In this document: piece after piece, positions 28,550 through 44,397 of the stretch
Numbering within the stretch: position 1 is the stretch's first letter
How the letters are laid out: each line of letters starts with the position of its first letter
Assembly (NCBI GenBank): GCA_951406725.2
Contig: OX597837.1
Coordinates: forward strand, 19,716,001 to 19,780,000
Direction: 5' to 3'
Length of the DNA stretch: 64,000 bases
DNA from: Octopus vulgaris
Taxonomy: Eukaryota
Translations under genes and position numbers: made by a program
Notes under the pieces: model-generated
The model's database searches: none
Told to the model about the DNA's origin: nothing
What the model saw: the letters and a program-made list of their open reading frames with translations, nothing else

Positions 28550-28593
<44 letters not shown>

Positions 28594-28739
28594 CACATGA
28601 AGCATGTGAGCAAATATACACAAATATTCACACTGGCCACACGTACATTCCCCCCACACACACATAAATAGATAGATCCTACTTACCTTTATGATGCGTG
28701 TATGTGCATATTCATGTATACATATATGTATTAAACTAA

Positions 28740-28785
<46 letters not shown>

Positions 28786-28977
28786 GTATGAATACATACA
28801 TACATGTATACACACACACATACGTACGTATACATGCGTAGATATTTGCGAGTACTTATATTGTCTACTTGTAGTGTTTATATGTGTGTCTTTGTTTCAG
28901 CGTACGTAGATATTTGCATATATGTAATGCAGTCATTTTGTGTATAAGTATGTTATATTGATACATAACACACACAA

Positions 28978-29017
<40 letters not shown>

Positions 29018-29144
29018 GTAGGTATGTATATATTCAATGATGCAAAGTTATATATTAATGTATACGTATATACACACAGGACTGATTTTGTGCGCGTGTG
29101 TGTATAAAATGTCTGAATATGTGCGTGTATCCGCATGTGTGTTT

Positions 29145-29231
<87 letters not shown>

Positions 29232-29355
29232 TGCGTATATGTCCACAATAATCCTCTCAGGTAATCTTCTTGGACAAAACTAAATCTATTCATAATCGCA
29301 AATCACATCAAGGCTTCCCGTAACATGTATATATACATAGCCACACACGCGCTCA

Positions 29356-29392
<37 letters not shown>

Positions 29393-29587
29393 ACACATAT
29401 GTATATGAGGAATAGCTATGTAGAGAAAGAGAGAGAGAGGGGGAGAGGGAGAGAGAGTAAGACGGGGAGGAGAGACGTTCGTATAACCACACATAAACAC
29501 ATACTACAGAGTGACGTAGCAAGCATTAATTTAAGTTTGCATGCATATTGATTTGGGTAGACATGTTTATACACACACACATACGTG

Positions 29588-29618
<31 letters not shown>

Positions 29619-29723
29619 TGTATGTATGTATGTATGTATGTATACGTTCCCATGTCTACATAAAATTTGAAAAATTTTCTATGCAGATGTGTAAAGCGAA
29701 ATATAATAAAAGTACAAACATAC

Positions 29724-29758
<35 letters not shown>

Positions 29759-29932
29759 CGTATATAGTTATGTATGTTTCTGTACACACACACACACATT
29801 CACACTCACACACACACACATGGACACGCGCGCGCATACACATATATCTATATTATACAGGATTCTAACATAAAGTTTGCTTATATATGGATGTGGAAGT
29901 ATGTATGTATGCGTGATAAAATGACTATAAAT

Positions 29933-30143
29933 AAGATGGCGAGCTGACAGAATCGTTAGCTCACCGGACGAAATGCTCAGCGGTATTTTGTCCGTCCTTA
30001 CGTTCTGGGTTCAAATTACACCGACTTTGCCTTTCATACTTTCAGGGGTTGGTAAAATAAGTATCAGTTAAGCACTGGGGTTTATGTCATCGACTTGTCA
30101 CCTTCTTCCAACTTGCTGGCCTTGTGGCAAAAGTTGAAACCAA
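29933..30143 (+). mobile_element. SINE family B
   Basis: aagatggcgagctgacagaatcgttagc..gggttcaaatt..ggccttgtggcaaaagttgaaacc. Confidence 0.8.
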
Positions 30144-30467
30144 TAAGGGGAATCTGTACATGACTTGTATTCTTGTACCGTGTGTCTTCTGCGCTACCGA
30201 TTGTCCTTTGTTTTTATTTGAAGATCCTGTTCCCCATTGGCATTATGTAGATTATAATAGGAAGTTAATTAATTATATATATTGGTATGGCGAATAGGAA
30301 AAAATATTGTGCCTGCTATGGTCTATGGTCGAATCTAGAAAATCATTTACGTCGCCTTTCTCTCCATTTTGAAGCGCCTCAAGTTTTATGCAAACCTTCA
30401 CTCAAAATATATAAACTACCCTTGTAATGTACACCTTATCTGATGATCCCGTGGCAAATAAAGGGAA

Positions 30468-30740
<273 letters not shown>

Positions 30741-31647
30741 TTGAACATTGCAGCCGAGGAGTTAAGCAAAATATGTATGGTGATGTCAGGGAATGAAAAT
30801 AAGGAGAAAGATAAGTTGTTTAACAATCGCATAACATTTCGGGAAAAATTTTCCTTTTCAAATAAAAGAAAGAAAATAATCAAAGAGTTTGGAGGAAAGT
30901 CTTGTTATTAACTGGTCATTTCTGTTATTGTCTGTAAAGGATTTGACACTCAGAATAAGGAAGTGGCGGAATATAAAGAAATATAAACGAAATACGCAAA
31001 AACAAAAGCAAAAAAACAATTTTACATAGAGTAAAAGTGTGAGATTAACAATAACGACAAAGACACATTAAAAATAGATAATTATACGATAATTATAAGT
31101 ATCACTAATTGTAGATAGGTGCAAGACACATCACTTTTTCAGATTTGATGACTAGGCATGACTTCTGTACTTTCTAGGAAGAAAGAAATCAATATTTCAA
31201 TTATTAGCCAAAGCTTCTTTCAACTGCTCCTTTGAAAGCATATTGAAAGCACCACCACGTTTTGTTAAGCAGTAGCATGCCGCGCTCCTTACCCCTTTTC
31301 ATCGACAAAGTCCTCAGGTAATGAGGTAAAAGATTCCGTGACATAACTGTCCCCAAGTTTTTTTTTTTCTGAATTACATTTGCGGGGGCAACATGTTGTC
31401 ATTTTTACTCTTTTCATTATGGGTTGACGTGTTTTGAATTATTTACATATTTATTCATTGTCTGCCAGTGTAATGCAAAATGTCTGTCTTCGTTTGTTTG
31501 TTTGCTTGTCGTGTTTGCCAAAGTAATATTTTTTAAACAATTCATGCTCGTGATTACAAAGTATTTGAAGACCTTAAAATTCTTGGAGGCGTATAAGCCA
31601 GACGAAAAAGAAGACGACTTATTACACACGTAATCGAATATTTACAA

Positions 31648-31678
<31 letters not shown>

Positions 31679-32035
31679 TGTATGTATATATATGCATGTA
31701 TGTATGTATATATACTTACATTCATATATAAGCACATATATGTAAATATATACACATTCCTACAAACATATATACATATATACACATATACACATACATA
31801 CATACATATTTATGTTTTTACGGATACACACACACATGCATATACCCAGCGAGTGACCTTATTCTCTCACACTTACGTAAAAGAAGTAGACACTCAAATG
31901 TTTCAATAACATTGCTTTTTATTTTTATTTTTTACTTTTTCGTTTAGTTAAAATATGTATACAGACCCTCCGAGTTCTCCACAAAGCCATCTCTGAACGG
32001 AAACCAAAGCAACAACAACAAAAACAATTATAATA

Positions 32036-32239
32036 CTTTCATATTTTGACGCAAGATTAGCAGTTCTGAGGCGCCGGGAAGTCGATTATATCGGCACCAG
32101 TGCTTAACTGTTTACTGTCCCCGTAAGGATAAAAGGCAAAGTCGACTTCAACAGAATTTGAACATAGAACATAAAGATAGACAAAATGCCACTAAACATT
32201 TTGCCTGGCGGGGAAACGATTCTATCAGCTCACCGTCTT
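32036..32239 (-). mobile_element. SINE family B (diverged)
   Basis: Reverse complement of the family B pattern seen at 22203 and 32831. Confidence 0.72.
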
Positions 32240-32269
32240 CATAATAATAATAATGATGATAATAGACGT

Positions 32270-32660
32270 TAACAGTTGAGCATATCCCTTGGTGGCTGAC
32301 GATATGTGCATCTCTGATCACGAGCAGAAGTAGTGGGGAAGCATCATAGCCATCCGTCGAGAGGGATTCTTTGGGGTTTGGATAATTCACCTCTGGAAAC
32401 ATGGGTGTTTCGTTGAACATCCTTAAACAACCTTTATTCAGGGACCTTTTGTGTGGGACGAGCTACTCCATCCGAAGAAAATTCTATCTGGGCCCCACCT
32501 ACAAGGTCATGCGCGGTTCATTTTGATTTAAGGTCAAATTGTCGTGCAGGTATGGTTCTGGTGCATGGACCTGGTGTACCCTTATCAGACGGGTTGTCCT
32601 GATGGGTATACTGGGCTTTTACCCCAATGTCACTTTCATAGCATGCGCTACTCTCTTACT
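32270..32660 (+). mobile_element. Non-coding retroposon family C, about 390 bp, (TAA)n tail
   Basis: Flanked by TAA repeats on both sides; second copy at 22646-22820 with the same 3' end. Confidence 0.7.
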
Positions 32661-32758
32661 AATAATAATAATAATAATAATAATGATAATAATAATAATA
32701 ATAATAATAACAACAATTATTATTATCATCATTATTATTATTATTATTATCATTATTA

Positions 32759-32830
<72 letters not shown>

Positions 32831-32831
<1 letters not shown>

Positions 32832-33024
32832 AGGCGGTTAGCTGGCAGAATGCTTAGCAGTATTTCGTCTGCCGTTACGTTATGAGTTCAAATTCCGCCG
32901 AGGTCGACTTTGTTTTCATCCTTTCGAGGTCGATAAATCAAGTACCACTTGAATACTAAGGTCAATGTGATCAACTGTCCCTCTCCCCACAAAATACAGG
33001 CCTTGTGCCTATAGTAAAAAGGGC
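32831..33024 (+). mobile_element. SINE family B embedded in an (ATT)n array
   Basis: aaggcggttagctggcagaa..gagttcaaattccgccgaggtcgac..ggccttgtgcctatagtaaaaaggg. Confidence 0.85.
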
Positions 33025-33099
<75 letters not shown>

Positions 33100-33639
33100 C
33101 ATTATTATTATAACAACAACAACAGCAAAAGCAACAACAACAACAACATTAACAAAAACTTTTATAACATAATGTGGTTATAATTTTTCAGAAAGGCACT
33201 AAACACGAAACATTCTAAAGTAAAAAAAAAAATCAAACAAAAAAAGCAGTCATATTACAATGAGTGGAAATATATTCAAAACTTCTTGGATGATAAAAAT
33301 GATTCAAAGCATCCAATATTCATACTAAAAGAAGGGTAGTCTTAACACAAAACCCAGTTATTTCTTCAGTTTGCTTTTAGACTATTACAACGGGAAATTA
33401 GTTTTGAGCCATTCAGGAACAATAAATTACTCCTTCCTGTACATCGTTAAGAAGATTTACTCAGTTTTATTTCTGTAGCTTCAGTTCTTGCTTGAAAAGT
33501 TGTTGTCAATAATGGCTTTCAGTTTTGGCACAAGGCCAGCAAGTTCGGGGGAAGTTCGATTACATCAACTCCAGTGCTGAACTGATACTTATTTTATCGA
33601 CCCCTTGAAAAGCAAAGGGATGTCCAAGGTAAATTAATA

Positions 33640-34790
33640 TTTAAAGCTAAACTAAATGCTAAAAGCAACGTAATAAGTGTTAACTCAGGTAATTCGCGTA
33701 ATAAGTTATGATTTTCTTTATTGAAAGTTAAATAAATTTGTAAGAATATATAGAAAACAAAGAACATGATGTCTGTTTTAGAACTAAACCATCTAAAAGT
33801 TATACAAGCTGAAAGTTATATTTACAACATAAGCAGAGGTCATAGAAGTCCTCTGCAACTATAAGACTATTATAGATTATCTACAATATGTCTAAAAAAG
33901 AATTTTAAAAAACTATCTCGATATAAAAATATGGAAATAGAGTTATATGGTGATTGAAAACAGAAACAATCCCCATTATATTAGGTAGCTCGAGAATGAT
34001 AAAAAGAAATGCATTGCAAAAAATATCTCGTAATAAATACGGAGAAATTAGTACAAACAGTTTTAGAAAATATGAACGCAACGAAAATCTGTTGTTCTAA
34101 AAACTGGTTTATTGTCCCGGTAGATAATTGTGTTGTCATTTTAAAGTACTTAAGCATTTGTCTACATAATTTTTTGTATGTCGGATCTGTACTGACAATT
34201 GTCAGTATTTTTTCTTTGTTTGTTTGTTTTAGACAAATGTATAATAAGGTCTGCTTTTCGGTTTTCTTTCCGTATCTTTGAAGTGTTGTTGACACAAAGT
34301 TTTGACAAATAAAGAGAACTGCTTAAGGATAATAGGCGAGTGGATTAAGAAAAAAGCATGCCCAGTTGGAAAAAGAAATGTTCCAGACTCAATAAACGGA
34401 CTAGCTTAGAAACAACACCTGAAGCCGTTTAGAGAGGATATATTAATGCAAACGTTTCATCGAAAACACACCTAAATTAGAATGGTCAAAGAAACAATTA
34501 TTTTTATAAACATCTGAGAAAAATATAATGAAAACCTGTTTTACGTGTTCACATGACAAATACGACTAACATCCTAGACTGATGTGTTTTTGATCGCGAC
34601 TCAAAACAAAAGCCTTACAACAAAAACCTATCAAAAACAAAAAACATATAATGAAGCCATAAGTGCAGAATTTGAGGGAATTGTGGAGGCCAAATCGATC
34701 AAATTGTTTTCAACAACCCAAGTCTTAAACAATGACTATGATAAAATTGGAAATTTCCATACACTGGAAATTTGGCCAGATTTATAGAAT
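33640..34790 (+). mobile_element. Heavily decayed Dong/R4-type LINE remnant
   Basis: Patches such as LNAKSNVISVN, FLIATQNKSLTTKTYQK and IHWKF parallel ELNAAHKIKAIN, FIIAAQDQSLVTRAYH and IHWEI of the younger copy downstream. Confidence 0.5.
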
Positions 34791-35288
34791 AACAGACAAA
34801 CAAATCAACAGATGTAGCCAGTATATGATTGGTTGACCTGTTTAAAATAGCTGTCAAATCTCGCTCACATCACACCGTCTAACAAAAGAATATGTTGGAT
34901 AGTATGGTTTCGTGTTCCTTGGGCACAAATGAAAGAAACAGGACGGTAGCGGCCAGAACGCCTTTGACCATAGGTATTCTCGATCAGGGATAAGCTGATA
35001 TTAAATTACATAAACAACGAAAACACTTACAAAAGAGTCTGTACAAATATACATGAGTAAATGGCTTTGTAAACCACGCGAGCACAAAATTCCGAAACGT
35101 TGATGATAATATCGATGTTGTTGATGATGATGATGGTCTATGATTTACTCATAACACCAACAAGTGTTAGTCGAGTGTATCCAGTTTATTACTGGTACTG
35201 ATGCAATCTGTTACCACATTTCATAGACTGCAGAAGGTTGAAAAACAATGTTCATCTCAGAAGGACTTGGATTCAGAACAGAGAGAGT

Positions 35289-35697
<409 letters not shown>

Positions 35698-35735
35698 GAA
35701 TAATAATAACAATAACAATAACAATGATGATGATG

Positions 35736-37780
<2,045 letters not shown>

Positions 37781-38333
37781 GTGATTATGATGAAATCAAT
37801 TTCCCAGTTAAAAAAATGTTATTAAGTGAAAAAAATGTCTGATGCGATACTTCATATATCTCTGCATCAGATAGTGCAACTTAACTGCACACCAGCATCT
37901 TATAGCTGCAACGGATGAAAAAGTTATATGCATTAATTAGGAGGTCATAGCTAGTCAGCTAAAATAACCGCAAAGGCAAAAGCTCTCTACATCCGGATGG
38001 CTCTTAAGAAAGCCGGAAATGTGTCAGGCAATATTTAGATGGGTGAACACACAATCAGTTGACGGATGAGATGCTATTCGGTGGAGACTGTCAGGGCTGG
38101 AGGTGACAGCAGCAGTTGGGAAAGATGAGGATGGTGTGTATAAGATGAAGAATGGAAGTATGTGTGTTTGACCGGTTGTTTGATTGTTTCTATGTATCAA
38201 TGTATGTGGTGTATGTGTGTGCGTATGTGTGTGTATTTGTGCGTATGAATGTGTATTTGTGTGCGAGAGAGGGAGAGAGAGAGAGAGAGAGAGAGTATGT
38301 GTGTGAAGGGCTTGTAGTGATAGCAAAATGAAC

Positions 38334-38652
38334 TAGTGGGATCCATATAAGATTTTTGGGGTCCACACAACAACATAGTAAACTGGGGATCCACAATAAT
38401 ATTTTAAGGGCCCCTGAAAAAATTTTGCTTTAGATGTATGTATTGCTATTTATTGCAAGAAATAGTTAGGTTTCTTTCTTTTACATTGTACATAGTTCAA
38501 CCTGCTCAAGGTAATGTGTGGAAAGCAAAATAGGAAATTTGAAAGAAGTTTCTATAAAACTAATTTTTAAATATCGAATGGCTATGGGGCTCCTACAAAA
38601 TAAAATAGTAATCAAAGGGGTCCATAGGTGAAAAAAATGGTTGGAACTCCTG
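38334..38652. mobile_element. hAT-type MITE relative (partial)
   Basis: Ends ggttggaactcctg followed by atttagat; internal ggggtcca repeats are complementary to those in 24353-24653. Confidence 0.6.
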
Positions 38653-38792
38653 ATTTAGATGGAGGTGCTGTGGTAGTGGTAGTGGATATGTTGAGCTACA
38701 TTTTATTACAATGGTGGCTGTTGTCACGATGACTTATGTACACAGAGATTGATGCGCGCACACACACACATATACACCCCCCATATATATAT

Positions 38793-38854
<62 letters not shown>

Positions 38855-39339
38855 GGTAATTGTAAACAGGGCAAATTTTAGCCATTTCTCTGCAGACTGA
38901 AAATATGCTGAACAACCTTAATCGATTTTCGAGCCTTATTGGTTTCTCCACAGAGGCGTCCACATATATACCATGTATATACTGCGACTTCTTTCAGTTT
39001 CCCTCAAACAAATACTTTCACGGGTCTATAGTAGAAGTCACTTGCCCAAGGTGTTGTGCAGTGGAACTGAAAGCAGGACTATATGGTTGGAGAGCAAGCT
39101 TCTAACCACACAATGGTGCCGGATCAGTTCAAACATAAAGGTGAATAGTCCGATTTATAGAGTATACGCCTTAAATATCTTATAAACGTAAACGAATTTA
39201 ACAATCAATATCTATTAACCTGAAATGTGAAAAAGGTGTTTGATTTCTTGGTTATTTGTCTCATTTGGGGATGGGAACGGTTTAAGGGGGCGATAGATGG
39301 GGTCAGATTGGCGCCAAAATTTAGACTGGGGGTAAACTT

Positions 39340-39808
39340 AAATATAAAGACACTCCCAGGGGAAGAATGTACTTCCCACCCTAGCATAGACTAGTCATTA
39401 GTGACTTTATACTTGAGGCCAAAAGGATGCCAAGACATAGACCAATCCAGAAAAGAAGGATTTGGAAGCTAAAGAACCCGTCACATGTTCAGAGATTTAG
39501 GGACATCCTCATCAAGAAATTTGATGAGAGAGAGGAGGAGCTACAAATTTCGGATATAGAGGGTAACTGGAAATTCCTAAAGGCCAGCTTATTGAGTGCC
39601 ATAGACCAAATCTGCAGATGGTGCAAAGTCCCTTCCAGACCTAGAATAATGCGGGGGTAGAATAATACAGTAGAGAGCAAAAAAACAGGCCTGGAAAGCC
39701 TGGAAGAGACGGGGTAGAAATGAACTGTACTAGATAGCCAGAAGGGAAGCTGGGCAACAGGTATACATAGCCAAGGGAGAAGCAGAAAATAAGTTTGCCA
39801 ATGTTGCT
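39340..39808 (+). mobile_element. RTE-type LINE internal fragment (end of APE domain plus linker)
   Basis: IKTLPGEECTS..HRLVISDF..KRRIWKLKNP..IEGNWKFLK..KKQAWKAWK. Confidence 0.72.
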
Positions 39809-41489
39809 TAAAGAATAAATTCTTTTCTTCCATTCTCTGACATAGAAGGAAGGAATTTTTCAAAGATAACTTATTTTTAACGTGACATTTAAATAAGTGC
39901 AGTGTATGAATATATATTCTTTGGACAGTGTCGTTTGGGGAAAATGAATAAGAATATATGTGTGTGAAAGACAGAAGGGGAGGGAGAAAGAGAAAGAGAG
40001 AAAGAAGGGGAGAAAGAGAGGGAAAGAAATTAAAGAGAAAATGGAGGAGAACCGACAGAGCTCGGCTAGGAGACAGCACACTATCACGCACTTTTAATCT
40101 ACTATCATTTCATTAAAACTACCAACCTTTCAATATATCTGTTATACTGCAAGGCGCCTTCACTGAGGGACGTGTAGTATTTTCGTTTAGGAAGAAATGC
40201 TTCAGTAAATATTTTTTAAAAGCGTTTGCTACAGATGTGAATACTTATACGTTATATATCGCTTTGCATGTTTCATATACATAAGAGAAATGCATGTCTG
40301 TAATGACAGTCTAATCAGTGTGTACCTCAAGAAAGAGGTGGGGAATGAATTTACGTTAACTGCAAATGAATTGAAGACGTTTAGGCAGAAAAACTTAGCA
40401 ATCGAAAATAGAAGACAAGTAACTTATGAAAGGCTATAAGTGCTGCTTCATGATTAAGATGGGATTTATGTGCTAAACACTGTATGTTAAAAATAAAACA
40501 ATTTTTGGTTCCTAAAATTGCTATTATAATTGGTTTATCGCATTAAGCATGGATATGTGTACATTGATGTTAGACATTAAAAAAAAAGAACAACTAGAGT
40601 TAGATAAATGTATGAAAAATTATGACTGCGTTTATTAGATAATATGAAGGAGCTGGAGTTAAATAAGGTAAGCAAATGTAAGATAGCATCTATTTATTGT
40701 ATTCAAAGAATTAAGAAAACTCAGAGTATGGAATTTCTGCAGATCATCTGGTAAAGGGGTTCGTATAGAACCCCTACACTCACCCCGCCCTCTGGACTAT
40801 GTGAATGAGAGAAAGATGATGGAAGAATTTCTGAATGGTGTTGACAACAGTATCAGGTTGCAGTAAAATGAGCTTTAAATGAACCCCGACACTTAATGAG
40901 GTTTTCAATATTGTGTTTGTTTTAATTTTTCAAAGATACAGTATAATGTTCTTTTTATTATGCTCATTTTTGTGATTGGGGTTATCATATAGTTAGTGTC
41001 ATACTTTACATCTCAGAGAAGTGTTCATAAACTACAAATAATAAAAATAAAAATTAGGATTTAGTAATTGTTTGTCTGTTGTCCTTTGTGGGATTTTGTC
41101 CTCAGTCTTTTTTTGAGCTAGGATTTTGTTCCAGGACATTTTTTGGTAAATGGAAAATAGTTTTATTTTTGATTGGGAATGTTTTAATTAAATCAGAATC
41201 GATACAACGTGGTGTAATTTGGCAAATACGTGTGTATGCAAAACTTGGGTCCAAAAGCAGTAGTTCTAATAAGGGCATGTGATACAGAGACAGGTATAAT
41301 TTCAGCATAGTAGTCGGGGTAAATACCAAGATATGAAATGATTTAACGAGTAACATAAGTATTATCAAAAGACATTATTCACTACAAAATGTGGATGGTG
41401 AAAATGTACGTATTGTATATATAAACGTATACTAACATACATGCAGACATATCATTACACACACATACACACACACATATATATATATC

Positions 41490-42465
41490 TACTCACGTAT
41501 ATATATTTATATATGCATGTATATATACATGTAGATGTAGGTACGTACATATATGTATGTATGTATGCATGTATTTTATTTATTACACTATTGTATGACT
41601 GAGTGCCCTCGCGTCGATTCGATTCGTTTCGTTTCGTTTCATCTCCTCCAAGTAAGTTTTTATATATAATTATGACGCGAAACTCTATAACCCTTTGCTT
41701 GACCTTCCCTTCCTTCCCTATCTCTCTCTCTCTCTCTCTCTCACTCCTCATCTCTCTCACAGCCGCTTGTCTTCCTCTATCTCTCTCTCTCTCACTCCTT
41801 CTCATCTCTCTCACAGCCGGGCGACTGCTTCCTTTCGCCTGCGGCCTCCTAACTGTGAACACACGTTCTTCCTGCGCTCTTAAGAATCTTTCCTCATCTA
41901 GGCCAAAAAAAGGCCCTCATTGTTTGTTTTCTTGTTTGTTTTTATTTCTTGTACTGTATATTTTTGTAATTGTATTTTTATTTTGTATTTTATTTTGTAT
42001 TTTATTTTTAAATTTTATTTGTATCGTTTTTACGTCCTGTTTTTGTCACATTTTCCCTTGTTTTTACCCCTCTGCGAAGTAATTTTATTTAATTCTTTCG
42101 CAGGAAGGGCTAGTTCGACGAGTCGTGTTCTGTCCTCACCTGCGAAACACGCTGGAGTTGAACTAGGGACAGCTGATGAAGGGGAATTTTCCTTGAGTAG
42201 TTTGTCTTGCACTCTGTTTTTTCGTTGTTAAAAAAGATCCGTTTCCATGTTTGTTTTTACGTTTTCGTTTCTCGTTGAGTTCTACGTCTATTTGTGGTGT
42301 CCTGTACTCACATATATATATTTATATATGCATGTATATATACATGTATATGTAGGTACGTACATATATGTATGTATGCATATATTTTATTTATTACACT
42401 ATTGTATGACTGAGCGCCCTCGCGTCGATTGGATTCGTTTCGTTTCGTTTCATCCCCTCCAAGTA

Positions 42466-42470
<5 letters not shown>
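41490..42470 (+). mobile_element. Penelope-like 3' module with about 170-bp direct repeats (41490-41659 and 42305-42470)
   Basis: Near-identical direct repeats each followed by TA repeats; pyrimidine-rich interior containing an HHR-like motif. Confidence 0.7.
42096..42185 (+). ncRNA. Candidate rearranged (non-circularly permuted) hammerhead ribozyme
   Basis: CGUGU-U-CUGUCC ... GAA-ACACG ... GGACAG-CUGAUGA: stems III and I are perfect and abut the core nucleotides; stem II is imperfect. Confidence 0.55.
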
Positions 42471-42513
<43 letters not shown>

Positions 42514-42572
42514 CATATATACACACATATATACATATATATATACATATATATATATACATATACATATAC

Positions 42573-42625
<53 letters not shown>

Positions 42626-42633
42626 TATATACA

Positions 42634-43065
42634 CAAATTGAGATAGGGGTTGTAAATGCAACCCTCCATGGGATAACATATATCCAATATACTGCTAGTG
42701 AAGTACCCAACAAATGTTAAGGATTGCGATGCAATCAATTCATTTACTGTATTATATGGGCAAAGGTAAAATGTGTTACCACAAATTCATAATACAAAAT
42801 AAGAAAATGGAGAAATGCATCTAAATCAAATATCAATTACCAGATAATACTCAATCACATACTTTATTAAACCACCACATAAGAAACTATAGGGTTAAAC
42901 ATAAAAAAGTAGAGCAAAACAGTGTATATAAAGGAGTGTACATAAAAAAGTGTACATAAAAGAGTAATGTTATACAATAAGTAGAATATATATAAGAGAA
43001 TATGTGATTGAGTATTATCTGGTAATTGATATTTGATTTAGATGTATTTCTCCATTTTCTTATTT

Positions 43066-43069
<4 letters not shown>
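42634..43069. mobile_element. Penelope-like terminal module with 69-bp inverted arms (42793-42861 / 43001-43069)
   Basis: Homologous to 10927-11451; flanked by (TA)n. Confidence 0.7.
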
Positions 43070-43116
<47 letters not shown>

Positions 43117-43285
43117 TAATTGTTATCGCCATATTAATATGGTATTCTTATAGATATAAGAATAATCGCTGCCGCTGGTCAGCTCCATGAAGCCACCGCC
43201 ATCAAGATAGCTATTGATACACGATCTGTATCCATTATAACCTTCGAACAAGGGAGGTCAGCCGCTTCACACTGCCAGTCCGACA

Positions 43286-43327
43286 GCTACAGACGCGTTT
43301 CGGGGTATTGCCCCTTGTCAATGTAGC
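43286..43327 (-). ncRNA. Minimal type I hammerhead ribozyme, U3-A8 variant
   Basis: GCUACA UUGACAA GGGG-caaua-CCCC GAA ACGCGU C UGUAGC; GUC cleavage triplet, palindromic stem III. Confidence 0.82.
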
Positions 43328-43649
43328 GCAGTCAGACCCGCAGGTGTCGCCACTGACGTCTCTGTTCGAAGGTTTCTATTTACCTAGTTTCAGTGGAATA
43401 CATCCACTTGTTTTCAATAATAGAAATATTAAAATTACTAAGTCTCTATAAAAGAGATTACGGCAGCGTTTACTGAAAATTAATTGTTATCTCCATATTA
43501 ATATGGCATTCTTATAGATATAAGAATAATCGCTGCCGCTGGTCAGCTCCATGAGGCCACCGCCATCAAGATAGCTATTGATACACGATCTGTATCCATT
43601 ATAACCTTCGAACAAGGGAGGTCAGCCGCTTCACACTGCCAGTCCGACA

Positions 43650-43691
43650 ACTACAGACGCGTTTCGGGGTATTGCCCCTTGTCAATGTAGC
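43650..43691 (-). ncRNA. Second copy of the minimal type I hammerhead
   Basis: Identical except that the terminal G-C of stem I becomes G-U. Confidence 0.82.
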
Positions 43692-43990
43692 GCAGTCAGA
43701 CCCGCAGGTGTCGCCACTGACGTCTCTGTTCGAAGGTTTCTATTTACCTAGTTTCAGTGGAATACATCCACTGTCGGACTGGTAGTGTGAAGCGGCTGAC
43801 TTCCCTTGTTCGAAGGTTATAATGGATACAGATCGTGTATCAATAGCTATCTTGATGGCGGTGGCCTCATGGAGTTGACCAGCGGCAGCGATTATTCTTA
43901 TATCTATAAGAATGCCATATTAATATGGCGATAACAATTAATTTCCAGTAAACGCTGCCGTAATCTCTTTTATAGAGACTTAGTATTTTA

Positions 43991-44055
<65 letters not shown>

Positions 44056-44180
44056 ATTCGAGACACAACCACTATTTTAAAACCAAACAAGGAAAGACTT
44101 AATATAATATTTTACTATAAAATTGGATTTAACCCTAAATCTGATTTTTCCCTGTAATTTTGGATTCATTCCCTAATATT

Positions 44181-44237
<57 letters not shown>

Positions 44238-44397
44238 GATATGAATTACAAGCAGCGCTAGTGGTGTAAACATTATCGCCTACACATACCTGTTCGCCGG
44301 CAGGCTGCAGTAGTGCGGTGGGGTGACATCCTCAAGGCGCCGGGTATTAAAGCACCTGAAAGTCATAGACAAGCGAGTCAGCTCACCCCAAATCCCT

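Larger units (their letters stand above)
43113..43994 (-). mobile_element. Retrozyme / Penelope pLTR-like element: 364-bp tandem unit (about 1.8 copies) plus an inverted copy of about 220 bp
   Basis: 43113-43408 repeats at 43477-43772; 43772-43994 is the reverse complement of about 43428-43649; (TA)n on both flanks; one HHR per unit. Confidence 0.88.

Noticed and set aside
43113-43772. Tandem repeat considered as a CRISPR-like array
   Set aside because: Long identical units without unique spacers, eukaryotic context and no cas genes.
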